Source of the DNA: Klebsormidium nitens
Taxonomy: Eukaryota > Plantae > Klebsormidiophyceae
Assembly: GCA_000708835.1 (NCBI GenBank)
Contig: DF237105.1
Span: 33,783-97,782 of the forward strand
DNA length: 64,000 bases
Reading direction: 5' to 3'
The first letter of the stretch is position 1. The number at the start of each line of letters is the position of its first letter. Shown here one piece after another: positions 25,053-37,869 of the stretch. A program made the position numbers and the translations under genes. The notes under the pieces were generated by a model. The model searched no databases and was not told where the DNA came from. It saw only the letters and a program-made list of their open reading frames with translations.

Positions 25053-26944
25053 TAAATGATGATTTTTCCGACTATCTTCAGTCGGCATCAGTGGCCGGCA
25101 TCTTTGAGCCTTCTAGAACTTACATCTGTTGGTGCGAGTCAGGTTCCGAAAATTTCTCGCACCCTTTTCCGAAAAATCTCTAAAGTGGCCCGAAATGATC
25201 TCTTCCGGAAATTCTATGGTTCTACGGTCTACCACTGCATTTTCGGCAAGGTGCTGAGCTTGGCAATTAGCGAGGTGGGTGGCATTGGCGACTGTTGGCA
25301 CACCAATGCCAATGGTGCCGAGCTGGTGTTGGCGCACCATGGCGGTCAATGGCAGCCTTCCCGAAGGCCTGCATGACTGCCACGTAGTATTCATTCCAGC
25401 CGGCCCCAGCTGGAGAACTTTCCAGAGACAGGTTCCAAGCTGGCGGCCACCTGCACCCTTCCAGGTTCTTCTCTGGTTGGCATGTTCCTGCACACGAGCT
25501 GGTCCTAGACTGCTGGAGCTCAAAACAAGAGCAGAAAGTGAAATCCAAAATAGTTGTCAACCTGAGGCAGAAACGAAGGTGAGTTCTCTGCGACTACTTG
25601 CTGTGGGATTGTTAGGTGAATTCAGAGCTTGGAAGGAGGTCCTTTTGTTGCTGGACAACTTGATCAGTAGAAAGTCATAGAGCACACCATCATGCAAGCT
25701 TAGGTGGGAGCGCTTGGAAATAAAAGGTGTCAATTCATTGGGGCTGCTTTTTAGGAGATGCGTTTCAGAAGCAAACGCACCAAGGTGCTTGCTCGAAGGG
25801 TCAACACTACTTCGACGCAGGGTCAGCGTGGGTTCAGTGTTGGGTGGGCGCTGGTTAGGTGCTGAATTAGCGTGGTTGGAATGTTAATCAGGTGCTGATT
25901 TGCCGAGCGCTGGTCAGAATTGGTTAGGTGCTCGGTCAGCGCCCGGTCAGTGCTGGTTGAGTGCTGGTTAGGCGCTTGGGTTTGTTTCAGAGGGGGTGTG
26001 CGTCTAGGGACTTGACTGGCTGGGGCACGAGTGGGCTTTAGCGTGCGTTGCACTTGGTCGGAAGGTCAAGGAGAAACGCTGGAACTGATCCGTTTTTTGT
26101 GCCCTTTGCAGCTGCCAGTGCACGAGGGGCTCGGCGCTGCGAGGCTGAGCAAAAGAAGGCCGCATCACTTCCTGGGGAGAGCTGCGTTGCTGTCAGGCAC
26201 GCGCTGTTCATTTGCCCAGGGAAGCGCTGCTCGGTCAATGAGACAGTGACTGGTGAGTACAGTGGCTTTCGCTTTGCCAGAGTTAGAGCGTGTGGTCCAT
26301 CTCAAGTGCATCGAGCCTGGCATAGGCACTGATTGAAGAAGCACACTCTAAGAAGCTTGCTGAATATTAGTGAGCTGACCTTGCCATAGGGCAGGCTTGA
26401 ACGACCTGCCCTCTTTTTCAGCTGGCTGGTTCTGACCATCTGTTGGGCTGGTCCGGACTTGCTGACCAGTAGGCTTATACTGTGGGGGTGATTTTCAAAC
26501 CCCGTCGCTGTGCTGACTAGGCCCCATCTTTGGGTCAGCTGTTGAGCTTGAGGAAGGGCCAAGCTGTTTGGGGGCTATTACAGCTGCCGCTGCGCTAACT
26601 TCTCTGATGCTTGGGGAAGCGGGGTGGTTTTGCTGAATCAGGGCCCGCTGTCGGGCTAATGTTGTAACCATTGTCGATCGGGTTCACGATTCACTGGGGT
26701 TGATTGTGGGATTGCGCGTGGGCTCTTGTCCAAAAGGGGGGAATCAGATCGAACACTCACTGTCTATGGTCGAACAATTTGTGCATGTTTATGGTGATGC
26801 CGATGCGTACCTGTCTCGATCTGTGTCCGACGCTGTGCAGGCCATGGATAAGACGGATTCTCATGGTGGCCGTGGGCCTGAGGACAGCTCTCAAAGTTCC
26901 CTCATGTTGCACAAAGGGCTGCAGGTGAGACATCCAGTGTGATT

Positions 26945-29900
26945 GGTGTCGCAGACCCTGTCCGAGCGTCTGAGCTTTTGTCACAACGTTTGAGACCAAA
27001 GCTCCTTGATGACGTCAGCAGCCATCCCGGATAGAATCCTTTGTAGTTGTTGGCGGGGACCTTGTCCGAGCGTCCGAGTTCTTATCACAGCTTTTCAGGC
27101 AGGAGCTCCTGGATGACGTCAGCAGCCATTCCGGATACGATCCTTTGTAGTTGATGGCGCAGACTCTGTCCGAGCGTCCGAGTTCTTGTCACAGCTTTTC
27201 GAAGGGGATCTCCTGGATGACGTCAGCAGCCATCCTGAATGCCGTCCCCAGTAGTTGAAGTCTGTCTGAGCGTCCCAGTTCTTATCGCCATTTTTTCAGG
27301 TTGGAGCTCCAACCAGGTGGATTCATGGGCGCACTCAGTCCGAGATGGCAATCCTGCTTACATATCCGGGGCTAACCTGCTTCCGTGTCAAGTACAAGAT
27401 TAGCCTCTTGATACATCACTAATCGAAGAATCTTCTGCGAGCAGGCACACTTGGAGCCCAGCGCGGACGGGAGAACTCTGATAAGAAGTCTGAAAGCTCG
27501 GGACTTGTTGTGGTTTAGTAATTCAGTTTGAGAGTTTGCAATGGTCAGCAGATAAATTAACCCACTGCCGTCGCCTTCCTCCTGACGTACCTACCCGATG
27601 CAACTCATCGGTCGAAATCGGTGCCTGACCCACCTCACCTGGCAGCTTGAAGCATCTGTATCAAGCGGCTGAGAGCCTCTTTCCTTAGCCAACAATCACG
27701 TTGAAGGTTCTTTGTTTGCAGGCCCAGGAGATCCGCCAGCCGCGCAGACCTGCTCTACATGGCCTCATCGACCCTAGCCACTTCCGCGACTTCCAACGCA
27801 GGCTGAGAGAGGAAGTGGAAGCTTCGCAGCAGCTTAAAGCAGCCACCAACGACTCGCAGGTTAGTGTAAAAGGCACCCATTATTAGCAATCCGGCTTGTC
27901 ATGATAGTTGCTGACGTCACGAGGCAGGCCCAAGCGCAGAAGGTGGGTTGAAATCTTGGACACTCGGACGAGGGCCTCTCCACAGTTGCAGCGCATCTTG
28001 TTAAAGCAGTAATTTAAGCCCTCAATTGCCCACCGCACCAAGCACCGCCAGGGAAGAGATCGGCTTGCAATCCTGGGTCGCTGCCAGGCAGATGCGCCTC
28101 GAAAGCTCGCCCTCGAGGTCCTCGCATTCCTGGTCATCATTCAGAATCTCCTTGAAGAAATCTACCAGACCGTGCCCTGACCAGCGCAAGAACCCCCCCC
28201 AGAACAGCGACGGCTAGGATAAAACCCCAGATCTTCGCATGCGCCCTTGCACCAGAGTTCTGCAATCGCAGAAGCTGCCGCTTTTTGGAACTTGGCTGCC
28301 ACCGCTAGAGTCTCTCGATCAGTTTTGAGGTTCGAGCTTAAAACACATTTTCATCTTGCTCGTCATTCGACCCAATCGTGCACCACTTGTTGTACCATTC
28401 CATCGATTGAAGCTGCCATCTCCCTGTGCGCTTTGCTCCTAAGCTGATAACCCTCTCATTGCCTTGTAGGACCCCGGCCCTTCCAGCGACCCGCACCCCG
28501 CCGGCGCTCACCATCCAGCAGCGGAACAGAGATTCCGCCGGAAGAGGGCGGAGTCGAGCAGGGAGAATTCTCCGACGCCCGTGGGTACTGGGATGTGGGC
28601 CCCAAGCCCGGACCTATCAGTGAGTCGCAATTGGCACATGTTGTGACACTTGGGGAGAGCTTCTGGCTTCGATTGTGCGCGTCCAATTTGCACAGATAGC
28701 CGCACCTCAAGGGAATAGCCGGTGGTCTGAGCACCGGTAGTGCCAAGTTGTTCGTATCTTGGCTTGCCATGATGTTGCTGACGTCAAGAATCAGGCCCCA
28801 ATCCAGAAGGCACGTCAGAAACTCGGACATTCGGACAGAAGTGTTGGCAGAGTGTTCCCCAGCCCATTTTGCCATTTTGCCACTGCTGACATCATGAAGC
28901 AGGCTTGATGTGAAAGACCTATCCAAAACACCCGGATCGACGGGGCACGCTCTGTCTGAAAGTCCGATTTCTAGACACACCTTTCTGTCGTGAGATTGTT
29001 GATGACGTCAGGAGACATGCCCTGACAGGAACTCGCTGCATATGTTTCCGGGGGTGGACCCTGTCCAAAGTGTCCAACTTTTGGTCACCACCATTTCAAC
29101 ATGAACATTTCTCGATGATGTCAGCAACACTTGCTCAAGCAGTCTGATATCGTGATGTTGCACGAGCACTTGCCGGTCCACCTGCCAACATTGGGGGCTT
29201 TCTTGTGACCTCCGCCTGGATTTTCCGCCTGTATGGCGGAGTTTCAATGATACCTTTGCTTACGTGCAGGAGAAAGGCAACTCAGAGGGCAGCCCCCCGA
29301 GCCCTACAGAGAAGATGACAAGCAGCTTCCCTGTCAAGGGGTCGGGCGGCGCCCCTGGCGAATCCATGGACGTTGACGGTCGGCCACAGCCATCGAGCGC
29401 ACATCACAGCCAGGTGCCTCTAGCGAGTGCATGCGGTTGCTTGAGAGAACCAAGCAAGCGGACACATTTGCATACACCCCCAGAAGACTTCTAGAATCAG
29501 GTTGTATGTGTATATGTGCGTCAACCTCTTGGGGTTCTCGCCAAGAATTCAGCGCTGCTTATCATCAACGAAGATGTTCTGGTTGCTGTAAAAGTAAGCG
29601 ACTCCAGCGACTGTCAACGGAAGCTTCAAGGATGGCAACCGCGCTCGTATAGTATGTCAATTTGGGGCCTATGTCAGTTTGGGACGCTCAAGATCAGGGT
29701 TCAGTCCATCAATGGGTATCGTTCTTTCTGCAGATTTCGGGTCGAGAAATCTGATACTGACATCACAATTTCAGCGGCTCATGACTGAGAAAACGTGATG
29801 AACTTCTAGGGATGGGTGCTGACGTCATCAGACAAGTTCGTTCCCAAAGGGTGTGCCACAATCTCGGACACTAGGACACGGCCCACACCCACAGTTGCAG

Positions 29901-30130
29901 CTGTTTTCTCTCCGGGAGGGGTGCTGACGTCAACAGAGTAGCTGGTTCCAAAAGTTGTGCCACAATCTCGGACACTCGGACACGGGTCCACGCCCTCAGT
30001 TGCAGGCGCTTTCTCTTTGGGATGGATACTGGCGTCAACAGAGAAGCTCATTCCCAAAAGGTGTGCCACAATTTGAGACACTCGGACATGATCTGCACCC
30101 TCAACTGCAGCGCTTTCTAACTGTAATGGA
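26945..30130. repeat. About 104-bp repeat family with TGACGTCA core, in both orientations, largely intronic
   Basis: tgacgtca at 27010, 27114, 27218 (+ sense units) and 29820, 29925, variant 30030 (reverse units); scattered copies near 27910, 28780, 28890, 29005, 29118. Confidence 0.8.
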
Positions 30131-30909
30131 AGATGTGCCGCAACCTTGGATACTCGGGGCTGCCGAGGAGGGCCCAGGCGTTTTGCACCAGAGGAGGTTG
30201 AGGGGCCTGCCGAGGGAGGCAGATGTGTAATGGAGCGCTACATTTTTTAATAACCATCTGCTGACAAACGTCATGCATACCCTCTCAGGCGAGCCTTGAT
30301 AGCGACCGGCAGGCGCCGCGCCTCTTTGGCGAGGACGAGTCGCAGAAGGCGGAGTCGGAAGGGGAGGGCGAGGACATTGAGGGGGCGGAGTTCGAGAGCG
30401 CAGACGAGACCTCGGACGAGGAGACCACCCAGGATCGCGCAATGATCGACGACGCCCCTCTGGAAGAGGAGAGGGAGGTGGTGCAGCACGGCCGGTTCAA
30501 CGCCGCGATGGAGACAGACTCCGAGACAGAGGGCTTCTCCGAAGTGCTGGCGAGGCTCAAGCGGCGCGCGCCTGATGTGGCGACCAACCCGCACAAAACC
30601 AGCCGTCGCCGCCGCGTGCTCCTCTCACCCTCTGACTCCTCGGGCGAGGAGAAGGACAGTCCGTCCCCGGTTCGCAGCCAGGGCGTGAGCGCCGAGCACC
30701 CCCCCGTGCCAGAGGAAGGGTCTGCGCTTGGGACGGATCGCCCGATGCTAGACGACCTCCCTTCGGCGCCCGAGGACGACGGCTGGTCCGACGACCTCCC
30801 GCCAGAACCCGAGGACGACGGCAGGCCGGACCTGTTCGACCTGAGCCTGGAGGACGACTTTGCGAGAGCGTGCGTGATCGTCCCGCGTCCGCGCTGGGCC
30901 AGCCGCCAG
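27722..30909 (+). CDS. Multi-exon gene for an acidic, Pro/Ser-rich, largely disordered protein
   Basis: Exons 27722-27859, 28470-28619, 29270-29413, 30289-30909 are all multiples of 3 and phase 0, with GT-AG sites and an open frame throughout. Both ends unresolved. Confidence 0.65.
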
Positions 30910-31003
30910 GTAAGCACCTCCTCCCTTCCTCTGACTCGCATTTGGACAGAACTTTAGTTTTCGAATCCGGGGCACTCAGCAAACCGCATCAAGGTCTGAT
31001 TGC

Positions 31004-31405
31004 ATGCCCAGAGAAGCGAGCGCGCAAATTGCAGGCAAAGTTGCAGAAGACATGAGGGCGTTTGACAAATTGGTGTACATCAATCGCCATTTAACCGCCG
31101 ACTTGGAAGCTGGTGTTCGTGTACATAGCCATTCAATCTCCGACTTGGTTGCTGATGTACACGAAATCAGACGGCGCGTTTTGAGATTTGGAAGCAATGA
31201 GAAAGTCGGACAGCCCTGGGCGGTTTGTGCAGTGATCTTTTGGGTTGGCAAGAGGGCAGGAAATGTACATGCTCGGAGAATCACTGTCTCCTTGCATGAG
31301 CGGCTAGTGCTCGTCGCGCCCTTTCTAGAATGCCTGCCGATGTACACAGATCTTTCAAAGCACGTTCGAAGTTTTGAGACGCGGCACCTGCATTCAACAA
31401 AGTAG
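31004..31405 (+). CDS. Possible globular exon or separate small ORF
   Basis: 133-aa ORF (MRAFDKLVYINRHL..CAVIFWVG..); not in phase with the 30909 donor. Confidence 0.3.
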   Translation: MPREASAQIAGKVAEDMRAFDKLVYINRHLTADLEAGVRVHSHSISDLVADVHEIRRRVLRFGSNEKVGQPWAVCAVIFWVGKRAGNVHARRITVSLHERLVLVAPFLECLPMYTDLSKHVRSFETRHLHSTK

Positions 31406-32553
31406 TCACTAAGAACGGGCGCAAGTGTTTTGCTCGTTTATCAGGCTTCACTTGACCCCGCACACGGAATGCTCAAGAAAGTCATAGCTTTTTGTGCAGT
31501 GCTGCGAGTATGAGAGAATAACGGTCTGATTCCGTATTTTTCACTTTCTCGAAGACCGTAGCTGCCGACGGTGCCCCGACCGCCCTTGACGCGGCCGGGC
31601 TAATCTCGCTTGAGCCGCGCACTTCGCCGTCCGGCCCCTCCCCAGCGCCGTGGCTGCCCAGAGCGCGATAAGGGCAGCCCAGTAGGAGCAGAACACGCTT
31701 GCTGCACCCCAGGACTTGGGGGGCACGACCAACTCCGGTTCCGCCCCTGCCCGCTTCGCCACGCCTGCTGCGCCAGAGTCGGACGTGGCTGCGCCCCGCC
31801 CCCCTTTGCCCTCCTCGACCGCCCAAGCGCCCTCTGATTCCGTCCTCATTCCCCAGGGCGTCGCAGTGCAAGAGACGGTGCCTCCTTGTCAGGTAGGCTA
31901 CGGTTTTAGGGCTATTTTAGCATGGCATCCCTCTATTTGTCTATTGCTAAGCGAAAACTTGTGCTCTGTCGATGTCAGGAGAGATTCTCGTAACTGGCGC
32001 AAAGTTGCAAGACCTTCCTTAGTCGAGGGGGCCACTACGTTCTTCACAGATCATTGTAACGTCTGGTGACATTTCGCACTACTTTGAAAGACGGTCATTG
32101 TTATCGAGCCAGCCTGGCACGTGAAAAGGTAGGATGTTATAGCATGCGAGACTCCCGTCAAGATTGATGTGAGTTTGCAATACCAAGTTGAAGCATTGGA
32201 ACACAAAGTGGCAGTACATTCTGTGACTCACCAGGGTAGATGCCTTCGCAATCGCAGAGGCCCTGAGCATCTCCCAAACGCATGCGCACATGCTGCTGGA
32301 CACTCTTGCGTGTGTCTTACCAGAGGACGGCCCGGATGCGGACCCCCTAGCCAGACGGCCGTTGTTCCACTTGCGACGCTCTCAATCTCAGAAGCTACAG
32401 CTCTCTTCGAGCATGCTGCCAGTCTTGGTATGGAAGGAAGCTTCTTAGAAACCGTCGAGATGCTTCTCTGAGTAGAACTCGTGTATCGAAATGGCACAGA
32501 CAATTGAGAATGCTTCGACGAGGAATACTTTATCCGGAATATTACGGGCGTGC

Positions 32554-33114
32554 TTACTTGCGCGTGGTGCTGCAGCCTTGATCCAGGTCGTACTGCACGC
32601 TTCGACCGACACCTATATACCGCTGCTTATGCTGGCCCGCTGAATACTCGGCAAACTTATGCTTGCAATTCCCACATACAGCTTGACTAAACGCTCTATA
32701 AGTACAATACGAACATTCTTTCAAACGCTTCCTCCCGCCACTGCCGCATTTCTCACAATTAACAGCCGTCGGAAGCACCTTATTCGTACAATGCAACTTC
32801 CATGGGCACAAGATCATCTCCAGGCTCTCCAACCCCTGTTTTGAAGAAGGCGAATTTCCATGCGACTCTTCATCTACAGGGCCCTGTACTATGACCGCGT
32901 ATTTCAATTCACACGCCTGTACAACGCTGATTACATCCCGTTCTAAGGAAAACGGCGTCAGTACTTCAACGGAGAACCCGGCCTCTTCCCCCTCCCAACT
33001 AACGACTTTGCCCGCGCATTCCCGAAAACGACCATCAAGCGAAGTCGCGTGCACCGCGTCACCTAGCAAAGCCAGCGGTCCGTACCTGTCCACATCATCA
33101 GCAGGGGAAGCCAT
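32554..33114 (-). CDS. Intronless protein with C-terminal Cys-rich double zinc-ribbon-like region
   Basis: MASPADD... ending CPWKLHC..NCEKC..CSYC..CGNC. Confidence 0.5.
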   Translation of the reverse strand: MASPADDVDRYGPLALLGDAVHATSLDGRFRECAGKVVSWEGEEAGFSVEVLTPFSLERDVISVVQACELKYAVIVQGPVDEESHGNSPSSKQGLESLEMILCPWKLHCTNKVLPTAVNCEKCGSGGRKRLKECSYCTYRAFSQAVCGNCKHKFAEYSAGQHKQRYIGVGRSVQYDLDQGCSTTRK

Positions 33115-34339
33115 TATTCGAAGAACGCTCAGACAGCCGGAGCTCGAGGCGCTTGCATAGAAGAAAGAAGAATGAGGCGACAGGAGCATGGAAGCAGTTC
33201 AGCAACTGACAATCTCGAAACCGAGTACACACCACACCACATATCGAGCTATTGTCACTAAATATCAGCCCATGCAATAGGACCAGCGCAGATGCAATGT
33301 ACGGAACAATCATGTGACACTGATTTTGTGCGAGGACTACCGTACATGCACAAAGCCCGCACGTATTTTGACATCCAATGCAGGTCGCACGCAAATATTC
33401 GATGCGAAGAGCTCTAACTGCGCCATGCAAAGGGGCCTAGTCTGCTTATAAGTTGCACACGATTGGCCCAGTTTTATATGCCGTACCGTACGTTTTATCG
33501 TCGAACCCAGCCAATCCAAGCAGGTCGAACCGCAGGCCCGCAGAGCAGCGCCGAAACGGCCGATTCCTGTGGTTGCTTTCTCTCCCTTGGAGACAGGCAA
33601 GCCAATATAGGGTTGCACTAATTGGCGACCTTGCAGAGTTCTGATCGAATCAAAATATAGTGGAGCGTTGCAATCCGCTTATAAGGCAAGCATGCCATGT
33701 ACATAGGAACACAAGTCCATCTGATTGAGCACAAGTTACCGGACACATGAAGCGAGCCTTCTATGTCGGCCTCTGTACCAATCATTTAGGGAAATGACCA
33801 CTGAGATCATGTATCTTGTTGCACGAGTCAGCGAGTTGACTTAGGAAGAGCGATCCACGCCCTAGCCATGTGGATACAATCATCCCTAGCTTGTTCTACT
33901 GTTTTGAGCTTCGGTAAACTACTCTCGGGTTTCTCAATTTACACTCCCTTCTATGTTCGATCCTATTGACAGGTTATGCATCATATCGTAACCTATTCTA
34001 ACAATCTCCAGAGACTTGAGCCATTGGAGGTCACACAATTATCATACAGCAAGGCCGACAATGTCCCGCTTGGACGCGTCTTGCATAAGATCTCATAGGT
34101 GCATGGGCCTGCTCCGAGTGGCGAACTTGACGGCGCTGCAGTGCCCTAGACGGGCATGATCGAAGCACAAACCGTTCGGCTATACTCTTCGCCAAACTCT
34201 TCACGACCTGACACCTGTCACACTAAATGCGTAAGCCCCGGATGCAAAGGCATGGCCCCCAAGAGCTACTTGACACTCACTCGCTAGCGAAGCACGAGCT
34301 CCCGTACTGGTGTCCGCCAGGACCCTCCACAGGATCTTC

Positions 34340-37300
34340 TCAAGCGGACACCTTGTTCAGAAGCTCTAAGAATGCGTCTCGCTCCTTTTTCTGCTCCTGA
34401 GGAAGCGCGTCCAGCCGAACCGTTTCAAAATCACAGAGGATCACTTTCCCGTCCTTCACCAGAAAGTTGTTCAGGTTGAGGTCACCATGCAGGAGCCCAG
34501 CAGCGTGGAACCGCTCGAGCGCGCTGGTCGCCCTATCGATGATGCTGCGCGTCATTCTCACGTGCTTGAGTGGCTCCCCTGCAGATTCGAAGAGCATCTC
34601 ATCTTCCAGATCAAAAGCTTTCCCGCGAGAAGTAGGCCGACAGTAGATTGAGAGAAAGCTGTCCATGAGAGGAGTTAGAAGCAAAGGGAGGGATCGTATG
34701 TGTTGCTCATTTTGCGGAGAAATCTCTGTCACCTCTTCTTCCACACCTGATCAGCTGACAATAGGTATACAAAAGCAAAGAAGGGTAAGACGTAGACAGA
34801 CTGCAGACTTGAAACCCTGATGTCTGCGCTAATCTGCCAAAGTATTGCTTGCCCACAACCAGCAGGTCCCTCAACGGGGCAGAGAATCCACATCAGAGCT
34901 TGCATGCAGCGAGCGGGTCAATCAAAGTGACTCACCTTCGTAGGATAGCGCCAAGAAGGGGACGAGCGTGTGGGGCAGCAGGCCGCAAGACTTAAGCCTT
35001 GGGATCGTTTCACCCTGGAGCGACTGGAACTCTGCGCTCTTGTACACAAGCAGCTCCAGCTTCAGCGCTTCCGTTGCCTGAGGCCTCCTCGGCTCGAACT
35101 TCTTTACCGCAACTCGCTCGCCACCGATGCTCCCCTACGAACAGGTTATGGAGCATTTCACTCCAACCTGAGGCTGTGCTTCAGGCCTTAAGTGCATCAT
35201 CTAGCCTGCATCTCCATTTGTCAAAGGTTGAAGAGTTCTGGTTTAAGATGGGCTAGGACAGGACACTTGGAAAACTTGCGCTGCCGATTGCATAGAACCT
35301 GCGCTGCTGATTGCAGAGAACCTGCCCTTTAAAGCTTGCACCCGGCCGGCCTGACAAGGCGGGTTTGCAGAACATTCAAGGACAGAGCCTGCGCTGCTAC
35401 TCACCCAGCAGATGTTCCCGTTTCTGCCGCATGCGACGATCTTGGGGGTGAACCCAATTTCCTGGTAGGGGACCACTTTCAGTTCCACCTTCATGCCCGC
35501 CTCGTCCCCCTCCGCCTCTCTTTCCTCGGCCTTCCGCCCCCCCTCGGCGTCCCCTCCCTCTGGCCCCCGCCCCCAGTCGTCGTCCGCCCCCTCTGGCTCC
35601 TGCCCCCCCTCGGCGTCCCTCCTCTCTGCCTTTCGCCCCCACTCAGCCTCCCCCCCTCCTGCTGGCTCCTGCCCCCCCCTTTGGCTCTCGCCCCCCCATT
35701 GGCTTCCTTCCCCCCCGGCCCCTGTCCCNNNNNNNNNNNNNNNNNNNNCCCACTTCGGCCTCCTTCCCCGGCCCCTCGTCCCGCCTCCGGCCTTACCCCC
35801 GTCCTTCCTGCCCCCCTTACGTCCACTCCCTCCCTCCTCGGTCGTCCTCCCCCCGTTGGCTTTCCTCCCCTCTCGGCTCCTGGCCCCCCTCGGCATCCCC
35901 CCCCTCTGGCTCTCGCCCCCGTTCGACCTCCTCCCCTCCCGCAAATGCCTCCTGCCCCCCCTCAACCTCCTCCCCCGCATCCACTGCCTCATGTTTCCTC
36001 TTTCCCTTGGACGGAGTATTGGAGCTAGTCGCCTTCTGGTGAAAGATCTTGGGCTGCCTGCGATTGAATATTGGTAAATGGTGGTTCGATTGCAGTATGT
36101 GGCGAAGAAATTGCATGCCAGCAATCGAGCTCTGCCTCCATTCTTGTGTCTTAGAACTCAGATTGAAAGCCACAAAGGCACTACCGCAGACAGCAAACTG
36201 GAAGCTTCAAAAGCCAGAGTGGTCCGCATGCGAGCGTCCGAGTCTGGCACAGTGGAACAGTGCTTAAGCGGATGCAATTGCCTCCCGGACACGGGCCAAG
36301 CTCGCCTCACGAAGGGGTATGTCTGCGCAACAAGTACCCACTGCATGGAGAGGACAGCTCTTCAAGCACGAGGGACGGCTGCTCACCGCATTCTGCCCCT
36401 TTTTGTCGGGGGCAGGCGGACTTCGTATGGATAGCCCTTTTCGGGCGTGATCGGGACTTTCTCCCGTTTGAGGCCGCCCTTGAGATCCCTGTCCCTCCAG
36501 CAGATGTACAGGAATGTCGCCCACGCCGCGAAGGCGGTCGGGGACTGCTCGTCCTGCCAGAAGATCCGGGAGCAAAATAACGTCTTGTCCGCCACGTTGT
36601 GGTGTCTTCTGAGGAACACAGTCGCAAAGTAGGTCGTTAAGGCTCCGAAGGCTGCCTCGTCCTCTATCATGTCCCCAAACAGCTGCTGCACCGCTGCAGC
36701 CACCTTCTTGTGATCCCTTTCGTCGTTCATCAGCACCACGACTGAGTCCCCCCGCTGAAGCAGCAGCTGCCAACCCCCCTTGGCCTCCACGTCAGCGAGA
36801 ACTGCAGAGCTCGGGTCAGTGCGCTCCTGCCCTAGGAGAGGCTTCGCAGCTACCACCTCATCAGTGTCCGATGACGACCGCCCCGATCCTCCAGAAACCA
36901 GGTTCGCACGAGACCCGAGCGACTCGGCGAGCAGGTTGGCGACCTTGGCGACCGATGTCATAAGGGGGGCCTCCACGTGGCCTTCCTTGGCTGCCTCCGA
37001 CATCTCTGTAACTCCAAGATCGCGAGCTGGGATGACGAAATACTCATCATCCAGGCGCTGCACAAAAGTGCTGACTTCACCATCGAACTCAAGCCAATCG
37101 ACGACCTTTTCAGGTGTTCTTGAATGCCGGGGAACTGTTCTCGAGTGTGAGCGCCGGGGGGAGGCAGGGTCCCGTGGCGGTTGCTGAGTGGGTAGCTGCT
37201 GTGCAGCCTGCTTTGCCGTGTAGTACAGGCTGAAGGCGAGCAGTGTCCTAACCTCTTTTAGCAACTCCTCGTCATCCTGAGTAGCTTCCAACAGCCTTCT

Positions 37301-37405
37301 AGCAAGCGTTGCCTGGGAAGGGCTGCTCAGCAAACCTAGCGCCGCTTCCTTTTCCTTGTCATGTAGTCTAGTCAGACCCATGATGCGGTCTACAAGGTTA
37401 GCCAT
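34340..37405 (-). CDS. Crinkler-like PD-(D/E)xK restriction-endonuclease domain + Gly/Glu linker + protein kinase
   Basis: Exons 37405-36387, 36057-35405, 35134-34936, 34578 (or 34746)-34340 with phases 2, 0, 1. REase-like D..ADVEAK and QQLFGDM..FGALTTYFATVFLRR; kinase ACGRNG, VAVKK, E.LVY..LQG..IPRL, HGDLNLNN, DFE. The linker contains the N gap and a stop/frameshift that may be an assembly error. Confidence 0.75.
35729..35748. other. Assembly gap (20 N) in a C-rich low-complexity tract
   Basis: N run. Confidence 1.
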
Positions 37406-37512
37406 TGCTCCTGAGGCGGATGCTCTAACGCCCTGATAATCATACCTCCACCGTTGGAGGAGGATCAGGTCAAGCCTTTACAAACTTAGCCGGAGAGCTC
37501 GACCAAGCTGCA

Positions 37513-37539
37513 TTTCAGGGGGATTGCGTCCCCCTGAAA
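37513..37539. other. Perfect 11-bp stem hairpin
   Basis: tttcaggggga-ttgcg-tccccctgaaa, about 110 bp upstream of the REase-kinase ATG. Confidence 0.85.
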
Positions 37540-37557
37540 GCCAGGCTTCACAGGCCC

Positions 37558-37869
37558 ATCCGATGTACCAGCTTGGGCGATGGGCGCCCAGTGCAATCTC
37601 CCTTGCCTCCAATGCATCCTCAACTTGTTACCCCAAGACGCTCCTTCCGTATCCGATCCCGAACCGAGTTGCATTGGGGTACAACTGGCCATCGAACCAA
37701 ACGTCGCCGCATCGATACACTGACCACCTGATTTGTGTTTGTAGGTGGGTTTTTCCCACCGTTTGTCTGCCCTAGAGGCGTACGCTAGTCTGCGAGTTCC
37801 AGCTGATGAGCCGCACGTGCAAGACGGTATTTTCCGAAAAAAAAAAAAAAAAAATCCGATGTACCAGCT
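37558..37869 (+). mobile_element. 280-bp retroposed insertion (SINE or 5'-truncated LINE) with poly(A) and 16-bp TSD
   Basis: atccgatgtaccagct at 37558-37573 and 37854-37869; A-run 37837-37854 directly before the second copy. Confidence 0.85.

Noticed and set aside
35243-36124. Gly/Arg-rich or Pro-rich standalone proteins in several frames
   Set aside because: Low-complexity linker of the kinase gene around an N gap; the extra ORFs are frame and antisense shadows
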